Assembly: GCA_965208675.1 (NCBI GenBank)
Contig: OZ242351.1
Coordinates: 1,824,001 to 1,888,000, forward strand
Direction: 5' to 3'
Length of the DNA: 64,000 bases
Origin: Candidatus Poribacteria bacterium
GTDB lineage: Bacteria > Poribacteria > WGA-4E > PCPOR2b
Shown here: in pieces, positions 29,862 through 39,787 of the stretch
How the letters are laid out: each line of letters begins with the position of its first letter
Numbering within the stretch: the stretch's first letter is position 1
Made by a program: the position numbers and the translations under genes
The notes under the pieces: model-generated
Databases searched by the model: none
What the model saw: only the letters and a program-made list of their open reading frames with translations
What the model was told of the DNA's origin: nothing

Positions 29862-30038
29862 CGCGCGTTGGACAATCAGAAAGAGATTTTCGTCACTAAA
29901 TTATTGATTAGGGTGTGTGCCTGGCACGTTTTCAATATTGACTCCTATCCAGCATTTTATCTAGATAAAAGGTACCCGCTCCGCAATTTTTCATTCATTG
30001 ACAAGAACTTGGACTCTTCAAATGAGAATAACCCTCTC

Positions 30039-30260
30039 TCACCTACGCCCCCAAACGAACCTAACCACCACGCCGATGAGAATCAAGCAGACGACCAGTC
30101 CAATCAAGCCGAGTATGAAACCCAAAATGTTGAACATCCAGTGTCCGGCAGAAGAATGGCTAACTTCCCACAACAGCCATAACGAGCCGTATCCCACGAC
30201 AAGGACGAATCCCGCGGCAATCAAACTGGCTAACAGTTTGAGAAGGCAACCGAGATTCAT
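30039..30260 (-). CDS. Small two-TM membrane protein
   Basis: Two hydrophobic helices, GGAGG RBS. Confidence 0.55.
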   Translation of the reverse strand: MNLGCLLKLLASLIAAGFVLVVGYGSLWLLWEVSHSSAGHWMFNILGFILGLIGLVVCLILIGVVVRFVWGRR

Positions 30261-30317
30261 ACCAACCCTCCATTTAGCTAAACCAATCCCTAGGTAACGA
30301 GTTTGAACGTCATTTTT

Positions 30318-31214
30318 TCACGAAGTTCTGATGAAAAACGGCTGTGTCCACGCCATGCGTCCGCCAGCGCCGTAGCATTCGGCGCGGATATACCCCAACC
30401 GCGCGGCATCGTCCGGGCTTTCCGGTAGTGTGAATGTAGCTTCAGGGGCATCGACTGTGGAACGGATGACGCCGGCGTTACTGATGAAACGGATTCGCTG
30501 CGCATCTTCAGTAGCTACATGCACCGTTTTACCTTCCGCACCGACGCGGGTGACTGTGACACCAGTAGAGCCGTAGAAACTGCCGGCTTTGAGCGCTGAT
30601 GTTATGCCTTCAACTGTACAGTCTTCTGTTTGTACCATGTTCCAAGCGAGTTCAACGTCGACCGGGAGATGTGAATCGTCGTGCGCAAACCCCCAGATTT
30701 CCAGTCCCGTTGTCAGCAAGCGATCCCACCGATCTGTCGCTAACGCGACGCCGGGCAGGCGTTCAATGACGCCGTTGTAGATTTCGATGCCGTGGTAGCG
30801 ATTGAGGGATTCCATCTGTTCCTGTGGAAAATGATTAAAGTGCGCTTCAAAGTTCGGGTGGTTCAGCACACTCACGCCGCCCTGTTTGTTGATTTCGTCG
30901 ATAACCCACTGTCGATTCGGGTGCGGCTCAATCCAGGCTTCCGCGTTGACCTGCAAAATATGGGGACCTCGCGCCGTCACTTCAACCGCCGGGATGAGCG
31001 TCATGGAGGTCTCTTTCTGATAGCCATCGAGTTTAACCAACACGTCGTGATCCGAGATAGCCAAGAAATCGTAACCCCGGCTATCGTAGTCGGCAATTAC
31101 CGCTTCGGGCGGAAGAGAGCCGTCGCTGCGGGTTGTATGGGTATGCAGGTTGCCGCGGAACCAGTTTGAAGCCCCTGTGTAGCTGCTCTTTAGCTGGATA
31201 CCGTTATTTGACAT
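30318..31214 (-). CDS. PHP-domain (CehA/McbA-like) metallohydrolase
   Basis: GNLHTHTTRSDG, AISDHD, LNHP, HDDSH, AWTQP; AAGGAG RBS before ATG 31214. Confidence 0.85.
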   Translation of the reverse strand: MSNNGIQLKSSYTGASNWFRGNLHTHTTRSDGSLPPEAVIADYDSRGYDFLAISDHDVLVKLDGYQKETSMTLIPAVEVTARGPHILQVNAEAWIEPHPNRQWVIDEINKQGGVSVLNHPNFEAHFNHFPQEQMESLNRYHGIEIYNGVIERLPGVALATDRWDRLLTTGLEIWGFAHDDSHLPVDVELAWNMVQTEDCTVEGITSALKAGSFYGSTGVTVTRVGAEGKTVHVATEDAQRIRFISNAGVIRSTVDAPEATFTLPESPDDAARLGYIRAECYGAGGRMAWTQPFFIRTS

Positions 31215-31310
31215 TTTTGACTCCTTCTTCGCAAGATATACAGACATGTCCGCGATTAGTTCAAACAAACCTTCTAAACTTACTGGCCACTGGCTGCTGC
31301 CTCTGCGGTT

Positions 31311-32537
31311 TCAATCTAAGGAAGCGTAATATTCAACGATGACTTGCCACGCCTTCTCGCTCATGAATCCGTCGGGCGGGGATTCGCCGCTACGCGCGTA
31401 TTCACGCATCTGCGAACCTGAAACGAAAAGAAAATCCGGGGCGCGGTCGGGTTCAAAAAAGCCCATACTGCCCGCGGCTTTGTCATAAGCCGCGACGCGG
31501 AACGGGACGATTTTCAGGCGTTCTAGTCCAACCGCGGTTTGTAACGCCTTCACGCCGTGCCAAGGATCATATAACGGGGCAGACTTGCCGCCGGAGTCGA
31601 GCCGCTCCGGATGCGGCATGCCTGCCGGGTCCCGCCCGACGATGTAGTAATCCGCGCCAGCGTTCATCCGCGCCTTCGCATGCCACTGCACCTCGGTTGG
31701 ACCGGCGTAAAGCATCGGGCTAGGAAAAATCGAGACGACTGTCGTGTCCGCATCCAGTACACCGTCTTCGAGAACTGCGTCGTGTTGGCGCATCCGCACC
31801 GGCAACGGCACATCATCGGCTTTTGTCCAACCGCCCAGTGGATGGAGCAGGAGCATCGGGTTTTGATATCCCTGTTTTTTTAGCTCGTCCCGGGTCTCGT
31901 TCATCAACAGCGCATGACCGTTGTGAATGGGGTTGCGCAGTTGAAACGCATAGACGACATCAGCGCCGCGCCGTTTGAATTCTGCGCGAAGTTCCGCAGG
32001 ACTCAAGCGGTATTGATCCAGACCATCGTTGTAGGTGATTCGATCCGACACTTCGAGCTCCCCGCCGACAAGGTAATCCCCCATCGCATTGATTCTCTCG
32101 ATACTCGGGTGAGCTGGGTGGGTTAAACCGAATGTCCGTGCTGCCCGCTCCTCTTTTGCGTGCCGGTAAAATTCTGGATCGCGTAAGATTGCAACGGCAT
32201 GTCCTTCGGTGTTAACGAGCGCCACTGCTTTCTCATTTTTCAAACGGTTATAATTGTCGGTAGAAACGTCGAACGTAATCGGAATGGACATATTCACACG
32301 CGTACCGTCGTGCTGGCGTAGGCAGTTAAAATGAAGCGTCTGCAAAAATTCATCTTCCCGCATAAACCCGCGAAGCGGGCTCGCCCATCCTTCGCTGAGG
32401 ACATGTATCCACTGGACATCATAATCGGTAACCGGAAGTTTTGGAAGGTCTGTTGCTTCGGCACGTTTTTTTACCCGTTGATTGTCGGGTACGATTAAGT
32501 CTACTAGAGCACCGCCGTCTGGTGCAATTAAGGACAT
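31311..32537 (-). CDS. sat: Sulfate adenylyltransferase (ATP sulfurylase), plant/animal-type sequence
   Basis: AFQLRNPIHNGH, LLHPLGGWTKADDVP, YAGPTEVQWHA, IVGRDPAG; GAGGAG RBS. Confidence 0.93.
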   Translation of the reverse strand: MSLIAPDGGALVDLIVPDNQRVKKRAEATDLPKLPVTDYDVQWIHVLSEGWASPLRGFMREDEFLQTLHFNCLRQHDGTRVNMSIPITFDVSTDNYNRLKNEKAVALVNTEGHAVAILRDPEFYRHAKEERAARTFGLTHPAHPSIERINAMGDYLVGGELEVSDRITYNDGLDQYRLSPAELRAEFKRRGADVVYAFQLRNPIHNGHALLMNETRDELKKQGYQNPMLLLHPLGGWTKADDVPLPVRMRQHDAVLEDGVLDADTTVVSIFPSPMLYAGPTEVQWHAKARMNAGADYYIVGRDPAGMPHPERLDSGGKSAPLYDPWHGVKALQTAVGLERLKIVPFRVAAYDKAAGSMGFFEPDRAPDFLFVSGSQMREYARSGESPPDGFMSEKAWQVIVEYYASLD

Positions 32538-32593
32538 ATTTTCTCCTCATAATGAGTAAATTTTGGCATGGTAATCAGGTACAATTTGGGACG

Positions 32594-32623
32594 ATTATAT
32601 CACAATTGCGAGATTGAAGTCGA
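32594..32623 (-). promoter_or_regulatory. Putative promoter for sat
   Basis: TCGACT-18 nt-TATAAT with extended TG. Confidence 0.45.
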
Positions 32624-32638
32624 GGCTATTAAATTGTG

Positions 32639-32667
32639 TTGACATAAATCGCAGATCCGCATAAAAT
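32639..32667 (+). promoter_or_regulatory. sigma70-type promoter for the isomerase/ADH/PhyH genes
   Basis: TTGACA-17 nt-TAAAAT. Confidence 0.6.
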
Positions 32668-32732
32668 TAGAGATCGTAAATCGTTCCGGCATCTATAGGA
32701 GACACCGGTGTAATCGGAGGAGAAAAATTCAC

Positions 32733-33608
32733 ATGAAGGGACTAAGTTGTAATTCAGGGCTTTTGTGCAAATACAGCACAGAAGAGGCGATTAACATACT
32801 CGCAGAACACGGCTATCAAGGTATCGACATAAGTCTTGAAATTGCGCCGCCGTTTTTGCCTATGCCGCCGCCCCACATGAGTCCGGATGACAATGCGAGC
32901 ACAAGAAGGCGGGTGCGCCAAGCTGCGGAACAAGCCGGAATCACAATCGTTGCGTTGAACGCCCACAATAACCTGATTCATTCTGTGCCCGAGACTAGAC
33001 AGGCGAATTTAGAGTTCGTTAAGGGCGCGCTGCAACTCGCGTCTGACCTTGAAGTCCAATGTGTGGTTGCCGGCTCCGGAATGAAAGAATTCTACGGATG
33101 GGAAAGCCGATACTGGGAATGGATGGTAGTTGCCTTGCGGGAATTAGTTTCGGAAGCAGACCGTTTGGGAATTTCGCTGGCTGTTGAAGCGGGCGGACTG
33201 CCCGGTATCCTCGTGCACAACTTGATTCGTATGCAACGCCTGCTTGAATACGAGGGCTTAGAGTCGTTGGGCGTGCTGTTCGATCCGAGCCACTACTATA
33301 TCAGAGGAGACGACGTACCCGAAGCCTTCAAGGCGCTGAGCCGCCGCGTAGCACACGTACACGCCAAGGATGCCAAAGGATATGTCGAAGACTACGCATT
33401 CCCGCCGCTCGGGGTGGGCGACATTGATTTCGAGGCATTGGTCTCGGCGATAGTGGAGTGTAACTACACAGGTTACATTTCGATTGAGTATGAGGCGTTT
33501 GCATGGGGCTATGAAATGGAGCCTACACAAGTACTTTCCGAGGGCAAGACTCTATTAGACGGCATTATTTCCGCGGCTGCGAGACAACCGAATCAGCAAT
33601 CACGCTAG
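32733..33608 (+). CDS. Sugar phosphate isomerase/epimerase (xylose isomerase-like TIM barrel)
   Basis: LAVE, FDPSH, HVHAKD, GVGDIDF, YISIEYE. Confidence 0.87.
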   Translation: MKGLSCNSGLLCKYSTEEAINILAEHGYQGIDISLEIAPPFLPMPPPHMSPDDNASTRRRVRQAAEQAGITIVALNAHNNLIHSVPETRQANLEFVKGALQLASDLEVQCVVAGSGMKEFYGWESRYWEWMVVALRELVSEADRLGISLAVEAGGLPGILVHNLIRMQRLLEYEGLESLGVLFDPSHYYIRGDDVPEAFKALSRRVAHVHAKDAKGYVEDYAFPPLGVGDIDFEALVSAIVECNYTGYISIEYEAFAWGYEMEPTQVLSEGKTLLDGIISAAARQPNQQSR

Positions 33609-33673
33609 AATTTCAGAGAAACTAACCCGCTAACCCGTCATGAATTCAAGATGAAGACTAGGGGGAATTTATC

Positions 33674-34717
33674 ATGCTAGCCGCCGTTCTGAGAGAATTA
33701 AGCAAGCCCTTGCGCATCGAGGAGGTGGAAACGCCGTCGCCCGATCCGGACGAGGTTTTGGTGCAAGTTATGGCATGCGGCACGGATGCTACCGATCTAA
33801 AGATGATTGATGGATTCGGTTACGCACCCGATTTGCCGTTCATCACGGGCCATGAAATTGCCGGCGTCGTCTCTGAATTTGGCAACCAAGTAACCGATTT
33901 CAAACCCGGTGACCGGGTCGTCGCCCACAATTTCTTTACATGCGGCAAGTGCTTGCTCTGCCGCACAAACCGTGAGCAGTTGTGTATCGACATGTCCGGT
34001 GTCATGGGTGCTAGGATAAAACACGGCGGCCACGCAGAATACGTCCTTGTCCCCGCTCGGCAGCTTGTTTCCGTCCCGGACGGTGTGCCTTGGCCTGATG
34101 CTGCCGTGTGCTGCGACGCCGGCATCACGGCATTTCACGCCGTGGATAGAGCGGAGGTAAGCCTAGGCGAAACTGTGGTCGTTATCGGAGTCGGCGGCGT
34201 GGGGTCTGTCGTTACCCAACTGGCAAGGGCGGCTGGCGCATATGTCATCGCCGTTGACCGATTGGCGGTAAAGGTGGCACGCGGCCTCGAAATGGGAGCT
34301 GATGTCGCGCTCAATGCCAGCGAGACGGATGTCGAAACAGAAGTCCGCGAACTCACGGATGGGCTCGGTGCGGACTGCGTGATTGATGTCGTCGGCAACA
34401 GAGAGACACTGACGTATGGGGTCAACACGTTGCGCCACGGCGGGCGATTGCTGGTTATAGGCTATACGCCGGAACTATACGAACTCAGTGGCAGACAACT
34501 TGCCCAGAACGAGTTGATGCTTATCGGTTCACGGTGCGGTCGGCTTCAGGATTTGGCGAGTGCTGTTCGGTTGGTTGCGGAAGGAAAAATAAAATCCATC
34601 GTCACCGATTTGTATCCATTGGAAAAAATCAATGATGCGTTGGATGACTTACGCGCGAGCAAAGTGTTGGGGCGGGCTGTCTTACTCACACCCGCTGGTA
34701 GGAAGGCAATGGAATAG
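33674..34717 (+). CDS. Zinc-binding alcohol dehydrogenase family protein
   Basis: GHEIAG, structural CGKCLLC..C, GVGGVG. Confidence 0.9.
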   Translation: MLAAVLRELSKPLRIEEVETPSPDPDEVLVQVMACGTDATDLKMIDGFGYAPDLPFITGHEIAGVVSEFGNQVTDFKPGDRVVAHNFFTCGKCLLCRTNREQLCIDMSGVMGARIKHGGHAEYVLVPARQLVSVPDGVPWPDAAVCCDAGITAFHAVDRAEVSLGETVVVIGVGGVGSVVTQLARAAGAYVIAVDRLAVKVARGLEMGADVALNASETDVETEVRELTDGLGADCVIDVVGNRETLTYGVNTLRHGGRLLVIGYTPELYELSGRQLAQNELMLIGSRCGRLQDLASAVRLVAEGKIKSIVTDLYPLEKINDALDDLRASKVLGRAVLLTPAGRKAME

Positions 34718-34782
34718 GTGTAAACGATGCGGGAGACTCATGTTTGCTTCGTCGAACTTAAACCTTCGCTGAGGTGATTGTG

Positions 34783-35619
34783 ATGGATGGAACACGCATT
34801 GATGACCGCGACTGGTCTGCTTTGACATTGGGCGAACAGATTCGACAGATAGAAGTCGAAGGATATCTACAGTTGCCAAACCTGTTGACTTCCAAACAAA
34901 TTGCTCGGCTCAAGGCAGAAACGGCAAAGTTGGAAACCAGCGCAGTGGATTACAGCGTGCACCAGCGGGGGCGCTCAAACGTTCAGTTTCTCGGCGGAGC
35001 GATAACCGAACTCGCCGCCCATCCGGCAACCCTATCCTTTTTGCGGAGGCTACTCGGTGATGAAGTAATTCTCATGAGCTATGGTTACGCCCGTTCGGAA
35101 CCCGGGCATCCGGGCATCAGCCTCCACACAGACGGACAACCCTATGGATCCCAGATTTTTGGATATGAGGGGAGTGTCCCTGTCATGGTGCGGGTGTTGT
35201 ATTACCTCGACAATCTTACGCCTGAAATTTCCCCGTTCCGCGTTGTTCCCCGCTCCCATCTATGTATGCATGCCGACGCAAACCCCTACAAACGCTATGA
35301 ATCCCATCCCGAAGAGGTCATGGTGCCAGCTAAAGCGGGTTCTGCGGTATTGATTAACCACCGAGTTTTCCACGGCAATTACCCCAACACCGGCGACCTT
35401 CCGCGGGAGATGTTGGCCATTGCCTATCGGCCTGCTTGGGCAAGCCCAATTAAGGATGTACCACCTTGGGATGAAGCCGGTTTAACCAAACTGCCCGATT
35501 CGCTACGCCCTCTTTACGCCGACCGGAATACCCGTCATTGGGACTTTCATGGAGGCAATAAACCCACAAATATGGCGTCCGAAGCGCCCGGGATGAACCC
35601 GAGCCGATGGATCGACTGA
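34783..35619 (+). CDS. Phytanoyl-CoA dioxygenase (PhyH) family Fe/2OG enzyme
   Basis: EVEGYL, LHTDG (HxD), VPRSH, VFHG..PN..R. Confidence 0.85.
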   Translation: MDGTRIDDRDWSALTLGEQIRQIEVEGYLQLPNLLTSKQIARLKAETAKLETSAVDYSVHQRGRSNVQFLGGAITELAAHPATLSFLRRLLGDEVILMSYGYARSEPGHPGISLHTDGQPYGSQIFGYEGSVPVMVRVLYYLDNLTPEISPFRVVPRSHLCMHADANPYKRYESHPEEVMVPAKAGSAVLINHRVFHGNYPNTGDLPREMLAIAYRPAWASPIKDVPPWDEAGLTKLPDSLRPLYADRNTRHWDFHGGNKPTNMASEAPGMNPSRWID

Positions 35620-35653
35620 TGGTTTGGTTAATTCCGCCGCACTTTATATCACG

Positions 35654-36283
35654 ATGAACAACACTTGCGCAAATTCATCGCGCGCATCGACCGCAAAGCG
35701 ATCTTTTGACATTATGTTTTCGGTATTGGGCCTTCTCGCCGCATTTCCCCTTTTTCTAATGATTGCGTTTGCTATCAAGCTCGATTCAAAGGGCCCAGTG
35801 TTCTTTAAACACCAGCGAATCGGATTGAATGGCATTCCTTTCCTGATGTACAAGTTTCGCACAATGGTGGCGAGCGCCGCAAACATTGGACCCGGCATCA
35901 CCTATCACGAGGACACCCGAATCACCGCGCTCGGACAACTCTTGCGTAAAACGAAGCTAGACGAGTTGCCTCAAATGATAAATGTCTGGAGAGGGGAAAT
36001 GAGTTTTGTCGGGCCTCGCCCTGAAGTGCCCAACTATGTTAAACACTATTCCTCAGAGCAAGAACAGGTACTGGCGGCAAAACCTGGTATCACTGGTCCT
36101 TCGCAGATTGAGTGGCGGGACGAAGCTTCATATATCCGAGATGTGGAAAATATTGACGAAGTATATATTCAACAGATTATGCCCAAAAAACTTGTTCTCG
36201 ACCTTGAATACGTCAAATCGCCGATATCGCTCATGAAGGATGTACAATATATTCTCACAACCGTCAGAACGCTTCTAAGTTAG
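35654..36283 (+). CDS. Bacterial sugar transferase (priming phosphoglycosyltransferase)
   Basis: KRSFD, KFRTM, LRKTKLDELPQ, GEMSFVGPRPE, KPGITG. Confidence 0.92.
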   Translation: MNNTCANSSRASTAKRSFDIMFSVLGLLAAFPLFLMIAFAIKLDSKGPVFFKHQRIGLNGIPFLMYKFRTMVASAANIGPGITYHEDTRITALGQLLRKTKLDELPQMINVWRGEMSFVGPRPEVPNYVKHYSSEQEQVLAAKPGITGPSQIEWRDEASYIRDVENIDEVYIQQIMPKKLVLDLEYVKSPISLMKDVQYILTTVRTLLS

Positions 36284-36423
36284 ATGTCTCTCGGACACCA
36301 AATCTGCCATGCCTGAATTCGGCGGATACGTGTGACGGCGTTGACGCTGAATCGCCGTGAGCCGTGCTCTTCCAAACCGTTTTGCTGCCCGCAATTCAAG
36401 CCGTGCACGTACGGTTAAATTGG

Positions 36424-37140
36424 CTAAATCTCTCTGCCTTCCCAGTCTCGTTGGACTGCCCGAAGATCTTCTGTTCTATCAATCCACCAAAATTTTTCAT
36501 TTTCGTCCATCCGGTAACCGTATAGATTCTGGCCTGATTTTAATAGTTTGGGAAAGAGATGACGCCCAAAATCATAGTTTTGGTTTTCCGGGATGTGTTT
36601 TAAGATGTCGGGCTCTAACACGTACACGCCGGCGTTAACCCAATGGCTAAAGACCTGGTCAGGGGACGGTTTTTCCAAAAACCGCAGGATTCGGCAATCC
36701 TCATCATAGTCAACAATTCCGACTTGAGAAACCTCCTCGCGCCAATGCAGCGCTATTGTGGCAATCCCCCCTTTTGCGTTGTGAAAGTCAACAAGTTGCG
36801 GCAAGTTGAGATGGCAGAGATTGTCGCCGTACCAGAGGATGAAAGTTTCGTCAAAAAAATCGGGGATTACCTTCAACGCGCCCGCCGTGCCCAGAAGCGA
36901 TTCTTCATAAGAGTAACGGATGTTTACACCCCACTTCGCGCCGTCTCCAAAATAGTCCATAATGACATCCGGACAGTAGTGGAGATTAATTGCGATATCC
37001 TTGATTCCGTATGCCATTAGGTTTTCAACGTTATGCTCCAAGATGGGTTTCCCACCAATTCGCACCATCGGTTTAGGTATTCTGTCAGTGTAGGGTCTAA
37101 GCCGAGTACCCTGACCCGCGGCTAACAGCATCGCCCTCAT
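36424..37140 (-). CDS. Sugar-phosphate nucleotidyltransferase (mannose-1-P guanylyltransferase/HddC-like)
   Basis: LAAGQGTRLRP..PKPM, LGTAGAL, FLEKP, VNAGVY. Confidence 0.85.
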   Translation of the reverse strand: MRAMLLAAGQGTRLRPYTDRIPKPMVRIGGKPILEHNVENLMAYGIKDIAINLHYCPDVIMDYFGDGAKWGVNIRYSYEESLLGTAGALKVIPDFFDETFILWYGDNLCHLNLPQLVDFHNAKGGIATIALHWREEVSQVGIVDYDEDCRILRFLEKPSPDQVFSHWVNAGVYVLEPDILKHIPENQNYDFGRHLFPKLLKSGQNLYGYRMDENEKFWWIDRTEDLRAVQRDWEGREI

Positions 37141-37254
37141 TCAATACCCTCAATCTTGTATGTCAATAGAGTTGGTCATCTCGCCGGTTCACACCCATTC
37201 AACCATCGCGGTTTTCGTCCGCATAAACGTACTTCGGTACATCGTCTCCGCTTT

Positions 37255-37983
37255 TCACTCTTGTATTTTGTTTTGGCATTGATTGAGCATCTGGTTTGCG
37301 ATAAACAAGGATTCAAAAGTGCCTGCGTCAGTCCAATCGCCTTCAAGAATATCGTACTTGAGTTCAGACCGCTTTATATATTCGTTGTTCACATCGGTGA
37401 TTTCGAGTTCACCCCTTTTCGAGGGACGCTGGTTTTCAATATAGTTAAATACTTGCTCATCGTACATATAGTATCCGATGACGGCGAAATTGGTTTTGGG
37501 TTTGCCGGGTTTTTCTTCGATTTCAACTATTTTTTCTTCATCTAGCGCGGCGATCCCGTATCGTGTCGGTTCACCAACCTCTTTTAACAAGACTCTCGCT
37601 CCACTTTTCTGCCTACTGAAATTCTCTATGTAAGGTCTTATCGATTTAACAGCGATATTGTCGCCAAGCACAACCACGATTCTTTCACCCTTGGCAAAAT
37701 TCTCCGCGAGCAGAAGGGCGTGGGCAATCCCTCCAGATTTCTCCTGCACCTTGTAACTGAAATCGACGCCAAATTCGTTGCCGCCTCCGAGCAGATTGAC
37801 AACGTCTCCCATGTGTTCGGTACTGGTTACAACCAAGATTTCTGTGATGCCTGCCGAAACAAGTTGCTTAATCGGATTAAGAATCATCGGCTCCCTACCC
37901 ACAGGAAGGAGATGCTTGTTTGTAACCTTTGTTAAAGGATAAAGACGAACGCCCTTACCGCCCGCCAAAATGACACCTTTCAT
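37255..37983 (-). CDS. Glucose-1-phosphate thymidylyltransferase (short form, RfbA/SpsI-like)
   Basis: GVILAGGKGVRLYPLT, LGDN, EEKP, SKRGELEITD, WTDAGT. Confidence 0.85.
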   Translation of the reverse strand: MKGVILAGGKGVRLYPLTKVTNKHLLPVGREPMILNPIKQLVSAGITEILVVTSTEHMGDVVNLLGGGNEFGVDFSYKVQEKSGGIAHALLLAENFAKGERIVVVLGDNIAVKSIRPYIENFSRQKSGARVLLKEVGEPTRYGIAALDEEKIVEIEEKPGKPKTNFAVIGYYMYDEQVFNYIENQRPSKRGELEITDVNNEYIKRSELKYDILEGDWTDAGTFESLFIANQMLNQCQNKIQE

Positions 37984-38056
37984 TTCAAATACGTCCTATC
38001 GTACCCATTCATTGTGAACCTTGGGCGCGCTGCCATTTGTAAAGCCATTTGTATTC

Positions 38057-38079
38057 GTAGGGGCGAGGTTTCCTCGCCC
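38057..38079 (+). repeat. GTAG-type REP palindrome
   Basis: GTAG-GGGCGAGG-TTT-CCTCGCCC, perfect 8-bp stem. Confidence 0.7.
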
Positions 38080-38234
38080 ATTGACCAAGCTAGTTGGAAA
38101 ATTCCAACCTTGTAGGTTGAACGATTACATATGTTGGTTCAAATTCATATCTCGACGCTGAAACGCTAACTCTGGAAAAATTGCCCCCCCAGAAGCAAAT
38201 ATCAACAGAACCTATTGCTCGGAACATAAAATAA

Positions 38235-38807
38235 TCACCCAGTTTCATCCATTGCAAGATTAGCATCAATGAAATTGCACATGATGTGGCCGATGACAAG
38301 GTGCGCTTCCTGAATGTGCGCGGTAGTGTTGGAAGGTACAGAGATACATAAATCCACTATGCCTTTCAAAATTCCCCCGCCACTTCCCGTCAACCCAACG
38401 GTGAATATGCCTACTTCTCTAGCTTTTCGCATCGCATGAAGGACATTCGCACTGCGGCCCGAAGTCGATAGCCCAATTAGGAGATCGCCCGGCCGCCCCA
38501 AGGCTTCAACCTGACGTTCGTACACCCGTTCATAACCGTAGTCGTTTGAAATCGCGGTTAGCGCGGATGTATCCACAGTTAAAGCGATTGCAGGATACCC
38601 GCTTCGTTCTTTAACGAAGCGGCCGACAATCTCGGCTGCCAAATGTTGGCATTCGGCGGCACTGCCGCCGTTGCCGCAAAAGAAGATGGTGCGGCTGGCC
38701 TTCAACGTTTCAACCGCCTTTTCGCCCAATTGCTGAATGGGAACTGAATACTCGCTATTCAGCCGCTGTATCACACCAATATGTTCTTGGAGAATTTCAT
38801 CTATCAT
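38235..38807 (-). CDS. gmhA: D-sedoheptulose 7-phosphate isomerase
   Basis: CGNGGSAAECQH, NDYGY, STSGRS, HIQEAH. Confidence 0.95.
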   Translation of the reverse strand: MIDEILQEHIGVIQRLNSEYSVPIQQLGEKAVETLKASRTIFFCGNGGSAAECQHLAAEIVGRFVKERSGYPAIALTVDTSALTAISNDYGYERVYERQVEALGRPGDLLIGLSTSGRSANVLHAMRKAREVGIFTVGLTGSGGGILKGIVDLCISVPSNTTAHIQEAHLVIGHIMCNFIDANLAMDETG

Positions 38808-39049
38808 GCAATGTTCTATAGACGGTATTGTTCAAGAGGATGATTTACCTACGTTGCTGCATTCACCGGAGAATCGTCCCCTTTGCCAAGGAGGAACTAG
38901 AGGGGGTCGGGTAAATTGCACTCCTGCCAAATCCAACAGCTCGTCTGAATTAAATTATCGAAGCCACCTGAGACATAGCCGCCGATTTCAATCACGTTTT
39001 TACCGCATACACCGTTTTATTTAAACTATTCAAAATATCAAAGCCGACG

Positions 39050-39787
39050 TTAATTCCTGGTACTGGGCATGGAATCGAAGCCAAGCAGCCGTTTTAATCT
39101 CGGTGCGGCGCGATTCAGCACCGTGTCGGATGCAAGTTTTGCGTGGTCCTGCTGCGGTTTCATGAACACTCGACAGAAAAAACCGAGCAGTGCAACCCGA
39201 TCGCGATCTGTGCAATTCGCGGAGGATCCGTGCCAAGCAGAACCATTGACAATCAAAACCGAACCTTTCGGGCCGGGTATTTGTACTTCATCGTCATACT
39301 CGACGCCGGGCTCCGGCATCGCTTCAAGCCGGCGGTGGCTGCCGGGGACGCAACTGGTCGCGCCGTTCTCAAGTGTAAAATCGTCGAGAAACCAGACGCT
39401 GTTGGCAACGATGGGGAAGCTCGGACGAGGCGTAGGCATAGCACTCAATGGGTAGTCGATATGGAGACCGCCATCCGGAGCTCCGGGACCGATAACGTTG
39501 ACCGAAAAAGAACTAAGTGTACAGTCTTCACCGATTAGATACTCGATTGGCGCGAGAATGCGCGGATGCTGAATCGCCTTTTCAAACAATTCTCCTTTGT
39601 TGACCAAGTTCCAGACCCGCTGGGCGCAGTCTTCAAAATACATAAAGCCGCATCCAGCTTCTCGCTCCTTTGCAGCAAGAGAAATTGACAGACTTCGTAA
39701 TTGATCAGCCTCGTCATTCGTGATGACATTCTTCAGAAGGACATAGCCGTGTTCATCAAGTTGCGATTTCTCAGAATCTGCCAGCAT
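39050..39787 (-). CDS. PhyH family Fe/2OG dioxygenase
   Basis: LHIDYP (HxD), NGATSCVPGSH, WHG..AN..R. Confidence 0.88.
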   Translation of the reverse strand: MLADSEKSQLDEHGYVLLKNVITNDEADQLRSLSISLAAKEREAGCGFMYFEDCAQRVWNLVNKGELFEKAIQHPRILAPIEYLIGEDCTLSSFSVNVIGPGAPDGGLHIDYPLSAMPTPRPSFPIVANSVWFLDDFTLENGATSCVPGSHRRLEAMPEPGVEYDDEVQIPGPKGSVLIVNGSAWHGSSANCTDRDRVALLGFFCRVFMKPQQDHAKLASDTVLNRAAPRLKRLLGFDSMPSTRN

